DNA from: a virus | Taxonomy: Duplodnaviria > Caudoviricetes | IMG/VR virus record: IMGVR_UViG_3300044724_008437 | Span: 1-62,374 of that record | Length of the DNA stretch: 62,374 nucleotides | Direction: 5' to 3' (one strand) | In this document: piece after piece, positions 28,030 to 37,653 of the stretch | Layout: each line of letters opens with the position of its first letter | Numbering within the stretch: position 1 is the first letter of the stretch | Made by a program: the position numbers and the translations under genes | The notes under the pieces: model-generated | The model's database searches: none | What the model saw: only the letters and a program-made list of their open reading frames with translations | What the model was told of the DNA's origin: nothing

Positions 28030-29901
28030 ATGGCCGACGTTTCTGTGTCTAGAACCCGCTCGGGCTTACCAGTGGTGGTCATAACTGATGTACTGCCTAA
28101 GGAAGTACCCGCTGTGCGGAGTATATACGGTATAGACAAGAAGAGCAACACCTGGTTTGCCCCGGGATTCTTACCCTTTGGTCAATGGGTTACAGAAGAC
28201 ATCGACAGTCTAAAAACCGTAGCTAAGTTTAATCTAGACCCTAAGTACTTGGTGCTGTGTAAACAGATACAGGACGGAGTTACACACCTAGCTAACGAGG
28301 ACCTAGCTGGCTTTACTCCTCCTGTAACGCCCTATGACCACCAGGTACAGGCCCTAAGTCTAGCGATACACATGCCTCGACTAGGCCTATTCTTAGATCC
28401 TGGCTTGGGTAAGACCAAAATAGGCTGCGACCTTATCCAGCACGTACACAGCCTCGAGCCTAAACGCTTCTGGCTTATAGTTGCCCTTAAGGTAAACCAG
28501 TTTACCTGGTCTAAAGAGATGGACTTCCACTCCCTAAACACTAAGAAACTAGTTCCCGTTACAGCTACAGGAAAAGCTAGACGCAAAAAGCTCGAAGAAG
28601 CAGTTAGCGATAAAGGTAGCGTAGGTGTGGTTATTACCTACGATACCTGTCGGGTAGCCAAAGAGGATCTGTTAGAGTTGGTGCCCTACACGGATGTGAT
28701 TTTAGATGAGTCCCACTCACTTCGCTCGCCTAAATCTGGGAAAACAAAAGCAGTCTTAGAGTTACTGTCGGCAAAGCCTGTAGCTAGGAGGCTCCTGTTG
28801 TCAGGCACTCCTTCGCTGGGGTCGCCTATGCACCTATGGGGGCAGCTAAAAGCTCTAGGTGACTTTGTAGTACCTAACCCTTGGCACTTTATAAATACCT
28901 ACGCCATAAGGTCGCCATACAACAAGCACATAATAACAGGCTACAAGAACCTAGATCAGCTTAATGATCTAGTAACCTCAGTTTCCTTGCGCAAGACCGC
29001 GGAGGAATGCCTAGACCTGCCCGACCGAGTCATACAGGTAGTAGAGGTAGAGCCTAGTTCTAAGACTCGCCGCCTCTACAACGATACAGTTAAGTCTAAG
29101 CCTATAAAAGTAGGGGAGCTAGAGCTCTACGAGCCTCCAAATCCCCTTACTGTGATGACCCGACTAGCTCAACTAAGTATGGGGTTTGTCTACAAGACTA
29201 ACAGAGATGCTACTATCTGTGATGGCTGTGTATTCGTAGATAGCTGCATAGCTAACAAGGTACAGCCCTATACGCGTGCTTGTAAGATAGCGCAGTCAGA
29301 TCCTGGTAGAAAGACAGGGTTGATAGGCTCTACTGAAGTTATTGACGCTGCTATAGAACTAGTAGATAGTCATGTACAGTCTGGCAAGAAGGTTATCCTT
29401 TGGGCCAAGCACCAATGGGTACTGCAAGAGCTAACCCGCAGACTAGCTAAACTAGAGGTGCCCGTGTTTAACTACGATTCTACTACTAAGTCTCATTCAG
29501 AAGTAGAAGAACAGTTTAACCTAGCACCTCAGGCAGTAATAGTGGCTCAGGTAAGCATGGGTATTGGGGTTACCTTTAAAGCACCAGTCATGGTCTATGC
29601 CGAACTAAGCTGGTCACTAGATCACTGGCTACAATCCCTAGATAGAAACTACGGTATTCGAGCTAAAGGACTAGGTAAACTCCTGGTACAGAGTGTAGTG
29701 CTACAGAACAGCGTCTCACACTCAACTATGAAGCTACTGCAGTCTAAGATCGACGTGAGCTCACTTATGAGTAAGTCCGTAGAGTGCGTAGGATGTCAAA
29801 AAGTTATCGACTGCCTAGCTAATGGCATTGAGCCGTTTGACCCTGGGTGCATAGTAACCTCGAAAGCAGGAAAAAGCACCCTATCTATAACACCCCTATA
29901 A
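28030..29901 (+). CDS. SNF2-family (SF2) helicase
   Basis: DPGLGKT, ILDESH, LLSGTP, SMGIGVT, QSLDRNY. Confidence 0.9.
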   Translation: MADVSVSRTRSGLPVVVITDVLPKEVPAVRSIYGIDKKSNTWFAPGFLPFGQWVTEDIDSLKTVAKFNLDPKYLVLCKQIQDGVTHLANEDLAGFTPPVTPYDHQVQALSLAIHMPRLGLFLDPGLGKTKIGCDLIQHVHSLEPKRFWLIVALKVNQFTWSKEMDFHSLNTKKLVPVTATGKARRKKLEEAVSDKGSVGVVITYDTCRVAKEDLLELVPYTDVILDESHSLRSPKSGKTKAVLELLSAKPVARRLLLSGTPSLGSPMHLWGQLKALGDFVVPNPWHFINTYAIRSPYNKHIITGYKNLDQLNDLVTSVSLRKTAEECLDLPDRVIQVVEVEPSSKTRRLYNDTVKSKPIKVGELELYEPPNPLTVMTRLAQLSMGFVYKTNRDATICDGCVFVDSCIANKVQPYTRACKIAQSDPGRKTGLIGSTEVIDAAIELVDSHVQSGKKVILWAKHQWVLQELTRRLAKLEVPVFNYDSTTKSHSEVEEQFNLAPQAVIVAQVSMGIGVTFKAPVMVYAELSWSLDHWLQSLDRNYGIRAKGLGKLLVQSVVLQNSVSHSTMKLLQSKIDVSSLMSKSVECVGCQKVIDCLANGIEPFDPGCIVTSKAGKSTLSITPL

Positions 29902-29911
29902 AGGAGAAATA

Positions 29912-30676
29912 ATGGGATATACACTACCCAAGAACTACTTATCTGCTAGTCAGATATCTAAGTACCTAAGCTGCCCTCAGCAGTACTATCGAGACTACAT
30001 ACTAGACGAAAAGCCTAAGTTTACTAGAACAGCCGCTATCTCGGTGGGCTCGGCAGTACATAAGCTAGTAGAGAATAAGCTAAGCTCTATACTCGAGGAC
30101 TCAGAGCTAGAGGAAACTAAGCTCTTTGCTACTACACCTCTAGATAGCTTCTTCGCAGACTCAGACCTAGAAGACCACGAGCCTGAGTATTGGCATACCT
30201 ACTCACAAATTTTATACAAAACGTGGTATAAGGAAGTAGGCATGTCCATCATGCCCACAGCTAGCGAGTTCGGATTCGAGTCTCTCATAGGGGATGTACC
30301 AGTTCTAGGCTACATTGACTATGTAGATAACTCGTCCGGACGACCGGAGATCGTTGATCTCAAGGTTACTAAGCGTGCTAAGAGCGAAGCTGACGCTAGG
30401 AACAGTGTGCAGCTCGCAATGTACGCAATCACGCAAGAAAACCCTTGTGTGAGGTTTGACTCCCTAGTAAAAACCAAGACTCCTAAGATAGGTGTGGCCC
30501 GCTACACCTTCTCTAAATCAGAGCTTGGGTACTACACAGATCTCATAGGAGAGGTCGCAACTAACATAAGCGCGGGTAACTTCCCTATGACCGCGCCTAC
30601 ACAGTGGGTATGCTCCGAGAAATGGTGCGCTCACTACACAAACTGTCGAGGAAAGGACAGAGACGCTAATGGCTAA
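29912..30676 (+). CDS. PD-(D/E)XK (RecB/Cas4-like) exonuclease
   Basis: SASQI..CP, GSAVH, GYIDYV, IVDLK, QLAMY, C-terminal Cys cluster. Confidence 0.85.
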   Translation: MGYTLPKNYLSASQISKYLSCPQQYYRDYILDEKPKFTRTAAISVGSAVHKLVENKLSSILEDSELEETKLFATTPLDSFFADSDLEDHEPEYWHTYSQILYKTWYKEVGMSIMPTASEFGFESLIGDVPVLGYIDYVDNSSGRPEIVDLKVTKRAKSEADARNSVQLAMYAITQENPCVRFDSLVKTKTPKIGVARYTFSKSELGYYTDLIGEVATNISAGNFPMTAPTQWVCSEKWCAHYTNCRGKDRDANG

Positions 30677-31778
30677 TGCTAACAACTACCCTACGGTCGA
30701 TGCGACCGACATCAAATCTAGCTACAAGCTGGTAGACCTAGCCGACCTTAACTACCGGGCGCCTGGCGATACGGATATCCTACAGAGCCGTGATTACTAC
30801 GGCTCTGAGGACGAGATCGCCTCGATGAAGCAGAGTATCCGTGCAAAGGGCGTCCTAGAGTCGCCCATCGTAATGGAGAATGACGACGGAGAGGGCTACC
30901 GCGTCCTTGAGGGCAACCGTCGTTGCCACGTTCTAAACCTTCTAGTAGCAGACGGTGTTACCGCTACCGACACCGGTAAGGCACTTACCAAGGTACGCGT
31001 TGAGGTAAAGGCCTCAGTGATGAGCCTCGTGGAGTCTACCTTCCAGGATTGGCTCAGCCTGAATGGCGATGCCAATGATGATACTCAGGAGGAGTGCCGT
31101 GAGCACATCCGCTCACAAGTACTCTTGGAGCTAGGTCAGGATGCTCTCATCCGTAATACTCAGCGCCTGAACTGGAGCCCCATCGAGATGGCGCGTCAGA
31201 TCAAAGCGCAGATGGAGGGAGGCACTGACATCGAGGTTCTCGCTAAGAACTTTGGGTTAGCAGTACAGACTGTGCGATCCCGTCTGGCGCTGCTAGACAA
31301 AGAGACTGAGATGCCCGAGGTCATCGAGGCAGTCGATAGCAACGAGGTCTCGTTCTCTGTGGGCAAGCTCCTCGCTAACGTGTCAGACGATACTGCACGT
31401 AAGGAGATTCTCGAGGTCGCCAAGGGCGAGGGGGAGTCTAAGCCTAGTACTAATGAAGTCAAAGAGTTCATTGATACTAAGCACAAGGAGTCGGTAGAGG
31501 CTGGTGGCGAGGGCATCAAAGCCCAGGACCGCAAAAAGCGGGCTCAGAAGGCACCTAAGACTCTAGTTCGAGCAGGGGAGTCACTCTTGGAGTCTATCCA
31601 AGAGTTATCGTCACTTCGCGCTACACTGCAAGCGGACGAGGACAACCCTGTTTCGGAGAACGCAGCGATGGACCTACGGGTGGCCATCTTAGTCTTGCAG
31701 TGGGTCACCGATCCGCAGGACGAGAACTCACTAGATGCAGTCATACTGGGTGCCTCTGACGAGGGGTCTGAGGGCTAA
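30669..31778 (+). CDS. ParB/Srx-like protein with HTH
   Basis: GVLESPIV, YRVLEGNRR, NTQRLNWSPIE and an HTH. Confidence 0.85.
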   Translation: MANANNYPTVDATDIKSSYKLVDLADLNYRAPGDTDILQSRDYYGSEDEIASMKQSIRAKGVLESPIVMENDDGEGYRVLEGNRRCHVLNLLVADGVTATDTGKALTKVRVEVKASVMSLVESTFQDWLSLNGDANDDTQEECREHIRSQVLLELGQDALIRNTQRLNWSPIEMARQIKAQMEGGTDIEVLAKNFGLAVQTVRSRLALLDKETEMPEVIEAVDSNEVSFSVGKLLANVSDDTARKEILEVAKGEGESKPSTNEVKEFIDTKHKESVEAGGEGIKAQDRKKRAQKAPKTLVRAGESLLESIQELSSLRATLQADEDNPVSENAAMDLRVAILVLQWVTDPQDENSLDAVILGASDEGSEG

Positions 31779-32476
31779 TCCTGCTCAGGATAGTGATACG
31801 TCATCCATAGACGTAGCTTATCCAAAGCTCCGGCTCGGATCTGGCGGACGCGTTCGCTGGATAAGCCCAGCTCTCTAGACATATCTCTAAGAGAAGCTGG
31901 CTTATCCGCAGACCGGCCAATAGAGTACGACCGAGTAACAATGTAGCGCTCTCGGTTAGATAGGAACCTAAGCCATAGACGAGTAACCACGGTCAATCGC
32001 TTAGAATCCATGTCTTCTTCCGGGGTCTCTTCATAGCTGCCTACAGGAAGTTCTTCGGACCCTAGGATCGTAGCGTTAGGTTTAGCCGCAGGGGTACGAA
32101 CGAGCCCTCGGTAGGTCTTGCGCATAGTCATAAGTACCCAGTGGCCGGCATAGGTGCAAAACCTGGTGCCATAGCTAGGGTCAAACTTATCTAGGGCTTG
32201 AAGTAAACCCACATTTCCATTAGCAATAAGCTCGGCCAAAAGATCGGGGTCTTTTCTGTCCCACATACTCTTGGCCATACTAAATACCAGCCTCAAGTTA
32301 GACTCTATAATTTGTGCTTTTAGCTGTTGTTTACGGTCTTTTGACGTGCTATGATCACGGTACTCTATTAGAGCTGAGGTCTCCTCCTCTCTGGTAAGTA
32401 TCTTAACCTTGGAAAGGGTATTATAGTAGATGTCTAGTAATTCTGACTCGGTTGTTGGATCTACAAAGCTAGTCAA
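31775..32476 (-). CDS. Sigma70-family RNA polymerase sigma factor
   Basis: Region 2 SNLRLVFSMAK and GNVGLLQALDKFDP..GTRFCTYA; region 4 ELGLSSERVRQI; TTG start with AGGAGG SD. Confidence 0.92.
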   Translation of the reverse strand: MTSFVDPTTESELLDIYYNTLSKVKILTREEETSALIEYRDHSTSKDRKQQLKAQIIESNLRLVFSMAKSMWDRKDPDLLAELIANGNVGLLQALDKFDPSYGTRFCTYAGHWVLMTMRKTYRGLVRTPAAKPNATILGSEELPVGSYEETPEEDMDSKRLTVVTRLWLRFLSNRERYIVTRSYSIGRSADKPASLRDMSRELGLSSERVRQIRAGALDKLRLWMTYHYPEQD

Positions 32477-32513
32477 GCTACGCTCCTCCTTTAGTGAGGG
32501 GTTATCTGGTACT

Positions 32514-32951
32514 ATGTTCTCCGGCGAAGCAGAGTATGGCAGCTCTGTAGACGTTGTACCTAGTCACATTTCAGTGATTAGAGAGCACACTACTGGATGT
32601 TCCTCTACAGATCTAGAGAGAAGCGTTTCAGGCAAAGCCTGTATCGACTGCTCTAGTTACCCGTATAGAGATACCACATCTCCGTGCCAAGTTAAATACC
32701 GTTTAACAGGCGTAGTTCACAGCCAAGCAGCTGAAGCTATTGAGCTAGAGTTCAGCGGTGTAAACGAGGTTACAGGAGAAGCTCTTTACAGGTTACTAAA
32801 ATCCTATTGGGATAACCCTTGGGATGTGGTACTAACTCTAGTCTCTTCTAAGTCAGGTAGTCTGACAGTGAGGAGAAACCCTAACAAACCCAGCGAAGCA
32901 GAAAAATTAAAAGCTAAAGCTATCGCTAAAAACAGGAGCCAACATGGTTGA
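32514..32951 (+). CDS. Hypothetical Cys-containing protein
   Basis: ORF track gives start 32430; the ATG at 32514 has an SD and avoids overlap with sigma. Confidence 0.6.
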   Translation: MFSGEAEYGSSVDVVPSHISVIREHTTGCSSTDLERSVSGKACIDCSSYPYRDTTSPCQVKYRLTGVVHSQAAEAIELEFSGVNEVTGEALYRLLKSYWDNPWDVVLTLVSSKSGSLTVRRNPNKPSEAEKLKAKAIAKNRSQHG

Positions 32952-33534
32952 TTTTAATAAGTTAAACACTAAGCTACAAAACGTCGAGGCTAAGCGCGTT
33001 GACCGTGACTACATCGGCGAGGGCCGCCATATCGTTCGTCTCGTAGGAGCCGAGACGCGAGAGACCCAGGCTGGTAAGGAGCTGGCGATCATCGAGGCTG
33101 ATGTCATTGCCTCTAACGGCCAGCATACAGAGGGCTCCGGCGTTAAGCAGCTGTTCCCACTCAGCAACGAGCCCGCCTGGCGTATCGACCAGTCGCTCGG
33201 CCTAATCCGGGCGATGATCAACGCTGCCTGCCCTGGCGAGCAGATCGACGGGGACTTCCTCGCTAGCTGCCTCAGCGGTGGTAATCAGTCTGCCTTGTCA
33301 GGTCGTACGCTTATGGTTATCGCCAAGCGTAAGATCTCCAAGAACGAAAAAGCGTACTTGGACTTCTCCTATAAGTCCGCTTCAGAGAAGGACGCTGACA
33401 CGCTACGCAACCAGGCACCAGTCGCAGCAACAGTGGCACAGGCTCCCCGTGTCATCTCTAGCTCTACAGCTAACGAGGCTCAGGAAGATCACTCACAGGA
33501 TCAGGACGACGACGAGCCTCCCTTCGACCTCTAA
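32944..33534 (+). CDS. Putative single-stranded DNA-binding protein
   Basis: Beta-rich core, acidic DDDEPPFDL tail, replication context. Confidence 0.6.
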   Translation: MVDFNKLNTKLQNVEAKRVDRDYIGEGRHIVRLVGAETRETQAGKELAIIEADVIASNGQHTEGSGVKQLFPLSNEPAWRIDQSLGLIRAMINAACPGEQIDGDFLASCLSGGNQSALSGRTLMVIAKRKISKNEKAYLDFSYKSASEKDADTLRNQAPVAATVAQAPRVISSSTANEAQEDHSQDQDDDEPPFDL

Positions 33535-33580
33535 ATAACCCGAGGTCGCTAGGTAAACCACTAAAGAAAGGAGGCGGGCT

Positions 33581-34378
33581 ATGACCCGTTTTTTTAGCTC
33601 TGGAGCTATCGATTTTGGCCCCTGGAGCCCCAGCAAAGCGGGAGTCTTGAAAGAGTGCCCGCTAAAGTACATATTCCAGTATATAGAAAAGCCAGGTATT
33701 CCTGAGGAGCAGCTTGCTAGCCAGGATAACACTGCCCTGGTTATGGGCTCAGCGGTACACAAGTACGCAGAAAATCTAACTGAGGGCAAGGGTAAGACTA
33801 TTGCAGCGAAAGAAGCGTTTGTAGAAGTCCCTCAGACTAAGAAAAATCAGCTAACTATACGCTCCCAGAAGCGCGGAGTTCACGAGTTTATTCAGCGTAT
33901 GGATAAGTTTAAGGCTGCAAACACTGTAGTCCTAGATAAAGCAGAGTTACGTCTGGCGGTAACGCCCAACTTAGACTCTGTAGATTTCTGGGACTACGGA
34001 TGTGTGTTGAGAGGAGTCCTAGACAGACTTCTAATTATTGAGCGAGGCGGCAAGCATCACGCCATAGCTCTAGATCTAAAAACAGGTAGGCGGAGGCCTA
34101 TTGAGGAGTATGCTCTTCAGCTAGAGTCTTACGGTGTACTAGTACACAGTGCCTATGATGTAGCGTCTGTATCTATGGCAGCCTACTTTACTAGTACGGG
34201 CGACCTAGATTGGTACACACGTAAGGTAGCGAAGTCTGACATAAATGCGGATAACCCTGTGTTTACAACTATAAACGGATTAATAGAAGATATATCGCCC
34301 TCTAACTACAACGTCGGAAGGCACTGTAACTGGTGCAACTACAAGACAATATGTGAACAGGAGCGCGATAACCTGTGA
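33581..34378 (+). CDS. Second PD-(D/E)XK (RecB/Cas4-like) nuclease
   Basis: WSPSK..CP, GSAVH, GVLDRL, LDLKTG, QLESY, HCNWC..C. Confidence 0.85.
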   Translation: MTRFFSSGAIDFGPWSPSKAGVLKECPLKYIFQYIEKPGIPEEQLASQDNTALVMGSAVHKYAENLTEGKGKTIAAKEAFVEVPQTKKNQLTIRSQKRGVHEFIQRMDKFKAANTVVLDKAELRLAVTPNLDSVDFWDYGCVLRGVLDRLLIIERGGKHHAIALDLKTGRRRPIEEYALQLESYGVLVHSAYDVASVSMAAYFTSTGDLDWYTRKVAKSDINADNPVFTTINGLIEDISPSNYNVGRHCNWCNYKTICEQERDNL

Positions 34379-37300
34379 ATAACTTACCCGTTAAAAAACT
34401 ATGGGAAGATATCAGCCTGTCTCAGTGGAAAGATATACTAACCCACGTAGGTTCTGGTAACTCATGGTCTATTAAGGGTAGGGCTCTGAAAGGGTGCTGT
34501 CCGTTCCCAGGACACGTAGATGCGCGACCTAGCTGCTGGATAGTGCCGGATAAGGGCTTTATTAAGTGCTTTGGTTGCGGTAAGTATCAGTCTAATCCAC
34601 TGCTTTTCATATCACAGATTGGAAAGCTTAGCTGGAGCGGGGCAGCTAGACTACTGCGCTCTAAGGGCGTAAAAACCTTTAGTAAAGCGATTGAGAAAGA
34701 GCTATCCGCTCAGGAAGACAGGTACTCTACTAAAGAAGAGCTTGCCTACGCATGTAATAGGGTACTCGTAGAGGCAGCTAAAGACCCTAATAACCCGGAC
34801 TACATGTTTGCGCACAAGTGTGTAAACTACCTGGAGTCTCGCGGGATAACAAGAGACACCTTTGCTAACTTACCCATAGGTGTTTTACCGCCGGGAGTTG
34901 TACTCAATAGGTTCATAAACAGGACTAAAGAAGTCTATGACTATGTAAAGACGGTACTTACCCCTAGCTATATAGGCTCACTAGTATTCTTCTATCACAA
35001 GTCTCCCACCGAGATCAGTAGATTTAAAATACGAGGGGACTTCCTACGCCAGAACACTAGTCAAAAAGATGAGCAATTCATTCCGGATGACTCTGAGAAT
35101 GGCATAGGATTTATAGGTTTAGCTAACTTTGTAGCCAGCATGGGTAAGCCTAGTTCTGGAGGTCTAGGAGCTATTTTAGTTGAGGGCGAGTTCGACGCCC
35201 TTGCACACCTAGTTAACTACCTTAAAGGGGTAACCTACGACATTGTGCTTGGGGTTGGAGGGGCCGGAGCCTCTAGCCCAGACGTACTTAAGTCTACATG
35301 TGGAATTAGTAAGCTGCTTATAGTTGCTGATCACCCCGAGCACGGCGGTGACGGTATAGCTAAATCACTTATGAAGTCGACTAGCCTGTCTTGTAAGGTA
35401 TTCGATTGGCCCGATGAAGTTAGCGCTAAAGACCCGCATGAGGCCATTGAAAAGCACGGTTGGCAGACTTGGATTGAGTCTCTAAACAAACTCCTGCCTA
35501 CACAAACTACTACTAGCGAACGAGCTAACTTTGTTCCTGCGTACAAATGGCTTATAGGTCAGACTAAAGCCGAATTAGCTAAAATAGAAAGCGATGACTT
35601 ACCCGAGGTTAAGCGGGTAGTTGCCTCTAATGGTGCCTGCCTAAGAGACCCAGATAGTCAGCGTCTCTACTGTATAGAGTGTGCAAAGTTCGTACCGTTA
35701 TCCCTAGGAACTTTGCTAGAGATAGTGGTGGGTCAAGATGATAGCGAAGAGGGGTTTATCTCCCGGATAACTCAAGCGCTATCTGAGGAGATCTACTTCG
35801 TAGGTATAGAGGGTATAAACAGTACTGAATGCACTGTCCGTGGCTGGTCTAAGAAAACTAAGACACCTATAGCCTGGCGTATAAGTAGGGTTAATGAGTT
35901 ACTGGGTAAACTAGAGTCTGAACTAGGCCCAGCAGCAGACTGGCTACGAGATAATGTAGGTATACCTAGAAGCTTAGCAACTAAGGTTATTGGTAAAAAG
36001 GTAGTAGCTCTTTCGCTAATAGATCTAAACGTAAAGATGGAGAAATATTTAAAGTACGCCGTAGGCCGGGTAGTCCGGGGGCTACCTTCTACTTCGTCTC
36101 TAGAGGAGCTAAAGTCAGGCTCTCATTATATAACTGTTAACTTCGACGGCGATGTGGAAGAAAAGTGCTGGGCTATTGTAAATGGGTCTGACGTCTATAT
36201 AGGTAGATTCGGGGACAAGGGAAAACTATCCTGGGCTTTACTAGATGGGCCTAAGGTTGGTAACTACACCTTTAACATCATAAAGCAGCCTTGGAGTAAA
36301 GTCATAGATGGCTGTGCTACTTTAGAAGAGGGTAGCCTAGTTGACCTTGAGGAAACCTACGACTTCATAGTTAGCAGCATCTTTAACTCTTGGAAGCTAA
36401 AGGGCGGGCAGGAGGACGCGGAGTATATCGCCGCGGCTATGATGCTAACTCCTGTCTCAGGGTGCCTACCTCACCCTCTGTACACCATGCTTAACGGCCA
36501 GAGAGGCTCTGGTAAATCCAAGTTGCTAGATTTAGTCGGAGGTAAAGATCCGAAGTTTAGACTACTAGAGTCTACCATAGATATACCCGCTAGCTATACA
36601 GCAGCCGGTACACGCAAAGATGTTAACCGCTGTGGGTTAGGACTAGTGCTAGACGAGTTCGAGGACACCGGGGACGACAGACAAAGCAGAACGGTTAGGG
36701 AGATTCTTATTGACCTACGTGCCCTTACATCTAGCCCTCAGTCTAAAATTACCCGAGGTAATGCCGAGTCTAAAGAAGTAACCGAGTACATTATCAAGTC
36801 TATGATCTGGTGCTGCGGTATCCAATACCTTAGAGATGAGGCTGATATATCACGATTTATGCAGTTTGAGTCTATTAGGGTCGAGGATCACCCTCACCCA
36901 CACCTGAACATGGATACTCTTTTTGGTGAAGATACTCTATTACACTTTAAGAGAAACATCAGTTTGGGCATGTACCCTAGAACACCTGAACTCGTTAAAA
37001 ACATAAACGAGCTTCGGGAGCACTATAACCGAGGCGACGTTAAAGATGCTCTAGCAGCCCACGCAGGTATGGCTGTGCCTTCTAGGCTACTAGATAGTAT
37101 AGTTATTACGTCAGCCCTAGTTAAGCTAGTAGGCAGAGATCCCCACGACTATATAAAAAGAGTCGTTAAGAAGAACCTCGGTCTTATTGGACGTATATCT
37201 AGCTCAACACATACCAAAGATCTACTAGATCAAGTACTTAGCGCTAGGGTAGAGCACAAGCGACCTGGGTCCGACTCACGCACCACCGCTATACGTACTA

Positions 37301-37653
37301 TACTAGCCGATCGTACAGAGCGCTTCCGTCTTATAGACATGGATTGTGGTCTATCCTACACCGAGTTTAAAGACGTAGATGCTAGCGGCACTACTAAGAT
37401 GGTCAAGATGCTAGTAGTTATGTGGCCTGATGTTCTACAGAACATACTTAGCAAAGTGCCTAGGTTTTCTAGAGAAAAAGCCGGTAGGCTAAAGCGGATG
37501 GGCGACTCTAGTGACATAGCACTTAAATATAATACCGTGCGTAAGAAGGTCGAGAGTATGCGCTCGCTTCTTAGGCCCGGTATTACTAGTAATGACATAA
37601 CTCTGTACGATATATCAGAGTTAATTGACTCCTGGGATGTGGAGGTACAATGA
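34375..37653 (+). CDS. DnaG-type primase-helicase fusion
   Basis: CHC2 finger (CPFPGH...CFGC), TOPRIM VEGEFDA, P-loop GQRGSGKS and LDEFE. Confidence 0.85.
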   Translation: MNNLPVKKLWEDISLSQWKDILTHVGSGNSWSIKGRALKGCCPFPGHVDARPSCWIVPDKGFIKCFGCGKYQSNPLLFISQIGKLSWSGAARLLRSKGVKTFSKAIEKELSAQEDRYSTKEELAYACNRVLVEAAKDPNNPDYMFAHKCVNYLESRGITRDTFANLPIGVLPPGVVLNRFINRTKEVYDYVKTVLTPSYIGSLVFFYHKSPTEISRFKIRGDFLRQNTSQKDEQFIPDDSENGIGFIGLANFVASMGKPSSGGLGAILVEGEFDALAHLVNYLKGVTYDIVLGVGGAGASSPDVLKSTCGISKLLIVADHPEHGGDGIAKSLMKSTSLSCKVFDWPDEVSAKDPHEAIEKHGWQTWIESLNKLLPTQTTTSERANFVPAYKWLIGQTKAELAKIESDDLPEVKRVVASNGACLRDPDSQRLYCIECAKFVPLSLGTLLEIVVGQDDSEEGFISRITQALSEEIYFVGIEGINSTECTVRGWSKKTKTPIAWRISRVNELLGKLESELGPAADWLRDNVGIPRSLATKVIGKKVVALSLIDLNVKMEKYLKYAVGRVVRGLPSTSSLEELKSGSHYITVNFDGDVEEKCWAIVNGSDVYIGRFGDKGKLSWALLDGPKVGNYTFNIIKQPWSKVIDGCATLEEGSLVDLEETYDFIVSSIFNSWKLKGGQEDAEYIAAAMMLTPVSGCLPHPLYTMLNGQRGSGKSKLLDLVGGKDPKFRLLESTIDIPASYTAAGTRKDVNRCGLGLVLDEFEDTGDDRQSRTVREILIDLRALTSSPQSKITRGNAESKEVTEYIIKSMIWCCGIQYLRDEADISRFMQFESIRVEDHPHPHLNMDTLFGEDTLLHFKRNISLGMYPRTPELVKNINELREHYNRGDVKDALAAHAGMAVPSRLLDSIVITSALVKLVGRDPHDYIKRVVKKNLGLIGRISSSTHTKDLLDQVLSARVEHKRPGSDSRTTAIRTILADRTERFRLIDMDCGLSYTEFKDVDASGTTKMVKMLVVMWPDVLQNILSKVPRFSREKAGRLKRMGDSSDIALKYNTVRKKVESMRSLLRPGITSNDITLYDISELIDSWDVEVQ